Source: Planctomycetales bacterium
Lineage (GTDB): Bacteria > 4484-113 > JAFGCY01
Direction of reading: 5' to 3'
Length of the DNA stretch: 32,000 nt
Assembly (NCBI GenBank): GCA_022646745.1
Contig: CP060262.1
Location: 2,010,001-2,042,000, forward strand
Shown here: positions 22,452-29,700 of the stretch, piece after piece
How positions within the stretch are numbered: position 1 is the first letter of the stretch
How the letters are laid out: the number at the start of each line of letters is the position of its first letter
Position numbers and translations under genes: made by a program
The notes under the pieces: generated by a model
The model's database searches: none
What the model saw: only the letters and a program-made list of their open reading frames with translations
Told to the model about the DNA's origin: nothing

Positions 22452-23328
22452 CGCCCATCACGGCATCTTCGATTGAAGGCGTGGTTGCTGAAGGCCTGCG
22501 AAACAGTAATCCGGCAAGCACTGCGAGCACTATCGTTGTCAGCAGGATTTCAATGGAATCGGCCATGAAGATCGGCATCTTTGCCCGCTGGTACGGGGAT
22601 GATGCCTCGCTGCTGCCATCGTTGAGCAACTTGGTGATCTTCCATGCCAGGGTTCCGAGCCTGGTGTACAGCCAGATTGCGAGCAGTCCGATGCCAATCC
22701 CCGGCAGGACAGGCCCGGGCTTTGTCCATGTGAAGAGTGCCAGGGGCAGCAGGCAGTAGAACAGGACGCGCAGTGCCTCGGTCAGGAGGATTGCCATCAA
22801 CAGCACAGTCGTTTCAAACGGGAGGCTCCAGGTCCTGAAGATCGCCAGCATGTCACCCTGGATCATTCCCACCATGCCGATCATCTGGTTCAGGGTAAAC
22901 AGGGCGAGCAATGGCACCAGTACTGGCCACAGGGTCCGCCACACGATTGCCAGTTGTGCTCGCCTGAACAAGTGCCAGTGAGGTGCATAGGTCACCAGGA
23001 ATTGCGGCGGCTGGCAATTGTTCAGCCGGTCAAGGGCAAGGTACTGGAATCCACCATACAGCGCATACATGAACAGTGCGGCGATCCACGATGACAGCCG
23101 GGCAACGGGATGATTGGCGACCAATTCAGGATTCAGGAACTTCATGGCCAGGGCAAATGCCAGCACACCGAAAACCACTATTCCCGCCTGGAACCACCGG
23201 GCTTTGCTGAACCAGTGATGGTTGGCAGCGAGCCATTCGCGGTCGCGCTTATCGAGCCATTCCTGCAGGTAATCACCGCCAGAGCCGGGCTGGTCCGTGT
23301 GGCCCGTGTCCCGCTCCTGTTCCCGCAT
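22441..23328 (-). CDS. Hypothetical polytopic membrane protein
   Basis: The protein is 295 aa with about 6-7 TM helices. Its 3' end overlaps the convergent gene by 11 nt. A sampled line gives about 50% G+C. Confidence 0.6.
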   Translation of the reverse strand: MREQERDTGHTDQPGSGGDYLQEWLDKRDREWLAANHHWFSKARWFQAGIVVFGVLAFALAMKFLNPELVANHPVARLSSWIAALFMYALYGGFQYLALDRLNNCQPPQFLVTYAPHWHLFRRAQLAIVWRTLWPVLVPLLALFTLNQMIGMVGMIQGDMLAIFRTWSLPFETTVLLMAILLTEALRVLFYCLLPLALFTWTKPGPVLPGIGIGLLAIWLYTRLGTLAWKITKLLNDGSSEASSPYQRAKMPIFMADSIEILLTTIVLAVLAGLLFRRPSATTPSIEDAVMGATD

Positions 23329-23398
23329 GGCCTTGTCCCCCGGATTGCAAGCTGACTGAGTTTATCAGACAGTGCTCAGGGCTGGCATTTATTCTGAA

Positions 23399-23577
23399 GA
23401 TCAGGTGGCATGCCGCCGCTGAGTCACTGTGTTCACTGTTGTCATCCTTTCGGATGGCCGCCCGGCGGCGTGGGCGCCGCCGCTACTGATTACTTTATCC
23501 AGACTCCCCACTCCAAACACCAAACTTCCCAGGATCAGGTGGCAGCATGCCGCCGCTAAGTCACTGTGTTCATTGGT
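23399..23577. repeat. Two ~42-bp direct repeats (GATCAGGTGGCA(GC)ATGCCGCCGCT(G/A)AGTCACTGTGTTCA) 134 bp apart, enclosing one GTAG-hairpin REP
   Basis: The copies start at 23399 and 23533. The REP GGCGGCGTGGGCGCCGCCGCTAC lies at 23464-23486 in minus orientation. Confidence 0.75.
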
Positions 23578-23629
23578 AACTGCTTGATGAAGACTGTTGC
23601 CAGACCCTCGTCATGCCCCGGTCGCTTTG

Positions 23630-23671
23630 CCATTCCATGGGAATGGCCTCCTGTCAGGCCATGGGCCTGAC
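23630..23671. repeat. Twin short hairpins, each with an ATG loop
   Basis: CCATTCC-atg-GGAATGG is at 23630-23646. GTCAGGCC-atg-GGCCTGAC is at 23653-23671. Confidence 0.7.
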
Positions 23672-23682
23672 CTCCCTAAACC

Positions 23683-23972
23683 GTAACTTCCGCGCGACCC
23701 CGCCTGCGGCGGGACTTCGCCTTCGACTCAGCCCGTAACTTCAACCCGACCCGGACACGCGAATGCGTTGCCGCAGGGTCAGACCCGCGAGTGCTTGCAC
23801 GAGCGGGTAGGAAATCATGTAACTTCAGCGCGATCCCGCCTGCGGCGGGACTTCGCCTTCGACTCAGCCCGTAACTTCAACCCGACCCGGACACGCGAAT
23901 GCGTGGCCGCAGGGTCAGACCCGCGAGTGCTTGCACGAGCGGGCACTAAACTTAAGTAACTTCCGCGCGACC
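23683..23972. repeat. 136-bp tandem repeat: two nearly identical copies plus the start of a third
   Basis: Copies start at 23683, 23819 and 23956. Copies 1 and 2 differ at 3 positions over about 124 bp and then diverge in the last ~12 nt. Each copy contains the hairpins CCCGCC-tgc-GGCGGG and CCCGC-ga-GTGC-tt-GCAC-ga-GCGGG. Confidence 0.85.
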
Positions 23973-24035
23973 GCCGGCGACTGGTTCGCCGGCCAGCGCC
24001 AGACCGACGAGCCCTTGGGCGATTCGGCAGCTCAA

Positions 24036-25004
24036 TCAGTCGTCATCATCCAGCAGGTCGGCGTGGTCCTCCATCTCCTGCGAGAGCCAGGGCTTCATCT
24101 CCTCGTCATCCAGCACCGGGCCCTGCTGCCAGTTGCCGATCACGTCAGTCACGATCTTCAGCACCTGCAGGCGGGCATGCAGCTTGTCGTTGCCAGCCAC
24201 CAGGAACCAGGGGGCGTAGGGCCAGTTGGTGCGCTTGAACATCAGGTTGGCATGCTGCATGTACTCTTCCCACAGCTCGTTATTTCGCCAGTCCTCCGGC
24301 GTCAGCTTCCAGGCCTTGTAGGGGTTATCCTTCCTGAGCTGGAAGCGCGCGAGCTGCTCCTCATGGCTGATCTGGATCCAGAACTTGAGGATCAGGTAGT
24401 CCTCCTCAACCAGCACCCGCTCGAGGTTCTCCACCTGGGAGAAGGCGCGTTCGTAGGCCGCGTCGTCACAGAGGCCCTCGATATGCTCCAGCATCAGCCG
24501 GCCATACCAGGAGTAGTCGTCCAGGATGCAGATCCGGCCGCGCTTGGGCAGGCGCATCCAGAAACGCCGCAGGTAGTGGTGGATCATGTCGGAGCTGGAC
24601 GGTGGGCCAAGCGAGTGCACGCGATACCCGCGCGGGTCGAGGTACTGGATCAGGCGCTTGATCGCACCACCCTTGCCGGCGGCGTCCATCCCTTCGAAGA
24701 TCAGGATCACGCGCATGCCGGTCTGGCCGATCTTGTGCTGCATGCGCACCATGCGCAGCTGCAGCTGGCGCACGGTCTCGTAGTAGTTCTCGCGGTCAAC
24801 CAGCGGACTCATGTCCAGCTTGGACAGCTTGGTCGGGGTCTCGATGCTGCTCAAGCGGCGCACATCGAGGTTGGAACGGTCCGTGGTGAATGTGGTCGGA
24901 GCGCCGCTCAGGGCCTGCTGGTAGATGGAGCCGGCCGGGACATCGGGCGGGACGTCTATCCCGTCGCCATCTGTGCCCAGACCCTTGCTGTCATCGGCTG
25001 CCAT
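24036..25004 (-). CDS. ppk2: Polyphosphate kinase 2 family enzyme (polyphosphate:nucleotide phosphotransferase)
   Basis: It has the PPK2 Walker A FEGMDAAGKGGAIKRL, followed by YLRRFWMRLPKRGRICILDDYSWYGR and KLTPEDWRNNELWEEY. The C-terminal tail is acidic. Confidence 0.88.
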   Translation of the reverse strand: MAADDSKGLGTDGDGIDVPPDVPAGSIYQQALSGAPTTFTTDRSNLDVRRLSSIETPTKLSKLDMSPLVDRENYYETVRQLQLRMVRMQHKIGQTGMRVILIFEGMDAAGKGGAIKRLIQYLDPRGYRVHSLGPPSSSDMIHHYLRRFWMRLPKRGRICILDDYSWYGRLMLEHIEGLCDDAAYERAFSQVENLERVLVEEDYLILKFWIQISHEEQLARFQLRKDNPYKAWKLTPEDWRNNELWEEYMQHANLMFKRTNWPYAPWFLVAGNDKLHARLQVLKIVTDVIGNWQQGPVLDDEEMKPWLSQEMEDHADLLDDDD

Positions 25005-25013
25005 GCAGGAGAG

Positions 25014-25019
25014 ATTATA
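25014..25019 (-). promoter_or_regulatory. -10-like TATAAT 9 nt upstream of the ppk2 ATG
   Basis: The minus strand reads TATAAT-ctctcctgc-ATG. The site sits in the 24-nt gap after the MFS gene. Confidence 0.35.
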
Positions 25020-25028
25020 GTGCGGGGA

Positions 25029-26612
25029 TCAGCCCGCCGCTTCCGCGGCCTTCTTCTCCCAGCCCTTCGCTTCCTTCACCCGCTGCAGCACGATGAAGCC
25101 GAACAGGAAGAACAGGATGATCAGGCCGAATACCCAGCGATGCGCTGCCGCTTCCGCAATCGGGCTGGCCAGTTCCTCCGACATGCCGGATGCCGTCAGC
25201 GTGGCGAGACCGCTGTTGTAGAAGGCGTCACGCACCAGACCGCTGGCAGCGGGAGAGATCATTGCCGGCACCAGGCTCGTGAGCATCCACAGCCCCATGA
25301 AGCTGCCGGCCTGGTCCTTGGGCATCAGCGAGCAGCCGAAGGCCCAGTCGCTGGCAACGAATGCCCCCCAGCCGATGCCGAGCACCGCGCCGGAGCTGAT
25401 TGCGGTCCAGACATCACCGGTGAGGATCAGCGGCAGCACCATCGAGCCCGAGAGCAGGATGCCGAAGCCGACCGTACGCTTCTTGCTCTGCCAGTTGGAG
25501 AGCGGTGCACTGATCAGGTTGCCAATCAGGCCGCCGATCAGGAAGAACACCATCATGCCCGCCAGCACGATCTCAAGGTAGCTTTCGATGCTATCGGGCC
25601 CGACCCCGAGTGAAATCAGCCAGCCTTCCCGGTCGAGGTTGATCTGCGTGTAGTAATTCACCCAGTCAGTGAAGACCGTGTAGCCGAAGTAGATGAAGGC
25701 CCGGCTGCCTGACAGCCAGATGAAGTTCGGATGCGCCCGCAGGTCCAGCCCGAAATAGCTCCTGGCAACAGTGCTGAAGATGTTGCTGCCGTTCTTGATG
25801 TAACGCACGGTCGTGCCGGGGAACAGCGTGAACTGGCGGATGCGCTCGCCGACATCCTCATGCCGCAGGTCCTTCTTTCCCTCAGGACGCCAGGCCCGGT
25901 CCAGCATGCGCTTGCGGAAGGCCTCCTCGATGTCATCACGTTTCTGCTGCATCCAGCGCACTTCGTCGATGCCGAAGTAGGTGAAGGCCAGTGTTGTCAG
26001 CAGCACGATGAAGTACAGAGCCAGCATCACCATGTTCGACTGCGGCCGGTCGAGGTCCGCCAGCGACATGCCGATGTAGGCCAGCAGGCCGACGAGCACG
26101 CCACCCATGTTGTTGAGTCCCATGATGCTGCCGGCCACGTTCTCCTGGCTCTTGGGCACGAGATCCGGCAGCAAGCTCTGGAAGGGCACGGCGGCGAGGT
26201 TCAGGCAGAAGCTCATGAAGGCGTAGGCGGCGAACAGCTGCCAGTAGCCCGGTGCCAGCATGAACAGGGTGATGCCGAACAGGCCGGACAGGATGCCTGT
26301 CAGGATGAACGGCCTTCTGCGGCCTCGCTTGCTCCAGGCGTGGTCAGACAGGAATCCGCTGACAAGCTGGGTAATGATCACCACGGCGCTGCCGGTGCTG
26401 TCCAGCATGCCACGATAGAAGCCGAGCTGAGCCAGTGTGCCCTGCTCCGAGAGGATGAACTCGCGGATGCGGTTGGGCATGATGAACAGCTGGTTGGAGG
26501 TCCAGAAGAACTGCAGGCCGAACCAGATGGCCGACATGTTCATGATGTGGATCAGCTGCAAGCGCCTTGGCGGTTCGTGATCCTCTACGGCTTGGATTGC
26601 AGCCTCGTCCAT
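25029..26612 (-). CDS. MFS-type transporter (GPH/SLC45-like)
   Basis: It has about 12 TM helices. The motif GFLSDHAWSKRGRRRPFILTG after TM2 is typical of the GPH/sucrose-transporter-like branch. Confidence 0.82.
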   Translation of the reverse strand: MDEAAIQAVEDHEPPRRLQLIHIMNMSAIWFGLQFFWTSNQLFIMPNRIREFILSEQGTLAQLGFYRGMLDSTGSAVVIITQLVSGFLSDHAWSKRGRRRPFILTGILSGLFGITLFMLAPGYWQLFAAYAFMSFCLNLAAVPFQSLLPDLVPKSQENVAGSIMGLNNMGGVLVGLLAYIGMSLADLDRPQSNMVMLALYFIVLLTTLAFTYFGIDEVRWMQQKRDDIEEAFRKRMLDRAWRPEGKKDLRHEDVGERIRQFTLFPGTTVRYIKNGSNIFSTVARSYFGLDLRAHPNFIWLSGSRAFIYFGYTVFTDWVNYYTQINLDREGWLISLGVGPDSIESYLEIVLAGMMVFFLIGGLIGNLISAPLSNWQSKKRTVGFGILLSGSMVLPLILTGDVWTAISSGAVLGIGWGAFVASDWAFGCSLMPKDQAGSFMGLWMLTSLVPAMISPAASGLVRDAFYNSGLATLTASGMSEELASPIAEAAAHRWVFGLIILFFLFGFIVLQRVKEAKGWEKKAAEAAG

Positions 26613-26618
26613 GGGCTC

Positions 26619-26624
26619 ATTCTA
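26619..26624 (-). promoter_or_regulatory. -10-like TAGAAT 6 nt upstream of the MFS ATG (possible leaderless mRNA)
   Basis: The minus strand reads TAGAAT-gagccc-ATG. No SD is present. Confidence 0.4.
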
Positions 26625-26650
26625 GCAGGACAGGTCGTGATTTTGATTAA

Positions 26651-26656
26651 TATAAT
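26651..26656 (+). promoter_or_regulatory. TATAAT -10 candidate for the tamB-like gene
   Basis: TATAAT lies in the divergent intergenic region, about 70 nt upstream of the GTG/TTG start candidates. The -35 (AGGACA-like) is weak. Confidence 0.3.
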
Positions 26657-26728
26657 GTGTGCCCCAAGCGATTATCTAACCGGCTGGCTGCATTGAGTGC
26701 AGGATTCCAGCCGTCTCATTGATTGGGC

Positions 26729-29700
26729 GTGGATAACTCCAGACAACAGATCCGGGGCAGCAAGGTCACCAGGCATCCCAGGTTCAGGCGCGTGCTGCGC
26801 GGCTGCATCTGGACACTGGTGGCTGCGTTCGTGCTGATGGCGGCCGGCTCCCTCATCCTCTCCCGCAACGCTGACCGCCTGCTGAAGGACCGCATCATCC
26901 GCATGGCGGATGAATCCCTCAACGGCGAACTGGTGTTCAGCAATATCAAGGTCGACCTGTTCGGCCGCGCGGTGTTCAAGGACATCACACTCACGCTCAA
27001 TGGTGAGAGCGACCCGGTGATCACGGCCCGCAGTGCGGTGGTCAGCCTGGACCTGTTGAACCTGATCGGCCCCAACCGTGGCCAGGTGGCAATCGTTGCC
27101 GAACTGGTCGAGCCGCATGTGAAGCTGATCCGCCTGCGTGACGGCACGACGAACCTCGAGAAGCTGATCAAGGAGCCGCCGCAGGAGAAGAAGCAGGAGA
27201 ACTTCGGCCTCAGCCTGCGCATCAGCAACGGCACGCTGGACTTCGAGGACCGCTGCCTGCTGTCCAGCGACTACCCGCGGATTGAGGCGACGGAAGGCCC
27301 GCTGGCGGACCTGCTTAAGGAACTCAACTACGACATCCTCGCCCCGGCGGAGACCAGGCCCCACAAGGAAGAGATCAAGCTGCACGGCAGCGTCAATGTC
27401 AACAGCGGCCGCGGCGAGCTGAGCTTCGCGATCAACGCCGTGCGGCCCGATGACGGCGGACGGCTGACCGTCAGCGGGGATGCCGGCACGGAGAGTGGCA
27501 GGCTGGACATGCGCATCCAGGGCCGCGACATCTCGGCCAGCAGCCTGCAGGAATATGGCAACGCAATCTTCCCCGCGCTGACGATCCTGCCCGAGTGGGA
27601 GGAACAGCCCGGCATTGCGAAGCCCACGGTGGCGGCGGTGGTGCGCACTGTCGATTTCAGGTTGCAGCGCAAGGACCTCGAATCGCCCTTCAGCCAGGTT
27701 GTCAGTGCGGACATCGAGGACACGAGCTTCAACAGTGATACTTTCCCGTTCCTCGCGCTGGAAAATGCGGAGATCCGCTATGACCAGGCGAAGGATGAGC
27801 TTGAACTGAACAAGCTGTCGCTGAGTGGCGCGGGCACCGAAATCACTGGCTCCGCGCAGTTTGGCCCTGATTCCGGCGAGCTGGGCGGCCGTGTCACGAT
27901 CAAGGCGACCGACATCGCGCAGCTGCTTGCGCAGCTTCCCTACGAGGGGCCGGAGGTCAGTGGCAGCATTGAACTGGACCTGCGACCCGGCGGGACCCTG
28001 GACGATCCGCAGGTGGCGGCAGGCTTCACCGGGGGCAAGCTCAGCTACGACGGCCATCTGCTGGGACGGCCCGGTGGACGGATCGAGCTCAATGGGAACA
28101 TGCTGCAGCTGGACAGCCTGCGCTTCAGCGGCGGCGAGCTACCGGTCAGCGCCAGTGGCAGCCTCGACATCGAGAAGCTGACCGGCGAGCTGAGCTACGA
28201 AGTGACGAAGGCTGACATCGCTACCCTGCTCGGGATGGCGAAGGAGCAGATGCCGGAGGATGCGCGGAAGCTAAGCGCGGCTGGCAAGCTCAGTGCGAAG
28301 GGCAGCCTCAGCCTCAAGGACAAGCAGCTGACTGCGCTCGATGCGCAGCTAAACGCCAGCGGTGTCGAGTTTGAGGGTGTGAGACTTGGCAACATCCGCG
28401 GCGGGGCCTCGATGAAAGGTGAACGGATCGCCTTCAATGAGCTGCAACTCAGCGGCGGGCAGGTCCCGCTGACCCTCAATGGCAGCCTTGACCCCGAAAA
28501 GGGCGATGCGGAGCTCAGGTTCAAGCTGGGCAGGACCGGCCTCGCGGAACTGCTGGCACTGGCCGATGAGCAGCTGCCGGCGGACGTGAAGGACCTCAAG
28601 CCCTCGGGCACCGTCAGTGCGGATGGCAGCCTGAACATGCAGGCCAGGAAGCTGAGCAGCGCTTCCGGCACCCTGAATGGCAACACGCTGGTGGTGGCGG
28701 GCGTCAAGCTCGGCACGGTGGCGGCGAAGGTCTCGACCGCGGACGGGAAGCTGAAGGTGGAGAACGCCAGCTTCAGCGGCGGGGAGGTCCCGCTCAAGCT
28801 CAGCGGCAGCTCGGACCTGGCCTTCCAGAATGGCAGTTTCAGCATCGAGGCCGGGCCGCTCGGAGTTGACAAGGCCGCCACCCTGGCCGGCCGCTTCAGT
28901 GACAAGCCGCTGGACACGATGGGCCTGACTGGCAACCTGAAGGCCAGCGGCAAGCTGGGCTTTGAGAAGGGCAAGCCCTCCAGCACGCTCAGCCTGACTA
29001 GCGACCTTCTTGAGAAGGATGGCAACCGGCTGGAGAAGCTGAGCGTGAAGGGCAGCCTGAAGGGTTCCAGCTTTGAGCTGGATGCAGCGACGGCGACCTT
29101 CGTGACGGCCGAGGCTCTGGACCTCGGCGGATTCAGCAGCCCGGCCCCGCTCCGGGTGCCGCTACGCGTGGGCGGCAGTGTCAGCTCAACCGGCAAGGAC
29201 AGCGCCGTCTCGCTGGTGGGCAGCGCGAGCACGGAGAACCTGCAGCCCAGCCAGGCGGAGCTGAGCTTCAAGCTGGTCGGGCCGGCTGACAGTCCGCAGC
29301 TGCGCGCGCAGCTGAAGACAAACCATGACAGCGAGCCGCTGGTTGTCAATGTCGAGGCCTATGTGTCCGGCGGAATGAAGCCGGCCACGGCCAAGCTGAC
29401 CTGGTACGATTCACAGCTGTTCTATGACGGCAAGGCGGACCTGGCAAAGCAGGCCTTCGACGGCCACCTGACCGCTTCCCAGATCAGCCTTGACAAGTTC
29501 ATTGACGACGAACACATCAGCGGCGAGTTCTCGCTGGACGGCCAGCTCAGCGGCACGGCCACGCAGCCCACCCTGACCGGCCGGATGGCCAGCCCGCGCA
29601 TCAGCTATGTCAACGGCAAGAGCCGCCATGACATCACCGACCTGGCAATCGGCTTCAAGCTGAAGGATGGCAATGCCGTCAGCGTCAGCAACGGCAAGTT

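Noticed and set aside
23768-23959. 63-aa ORF within the 136-bp tandem repeat
   Set aside because: It is Arg-rich, spans the repeat junction, and has no start context. I consider it an artefact of the repeat.
23683-23972. Possible CRISPR array, given regularly spaced GTAACTTC-containing repeats
   Set aside because: The whole 136-bp unit is repeated rather than short repeats separated by unique spacers. No cas genes are present in the window.
23931-26696. 560-aa and 321-aa plus-strand ORFs over ppk2 and the MFS gene
   Set aside because: They lie opposite clear PPK2 and 12-TM MFS frames and have an Arg/Ala/His/Gln-rich shadow composition.
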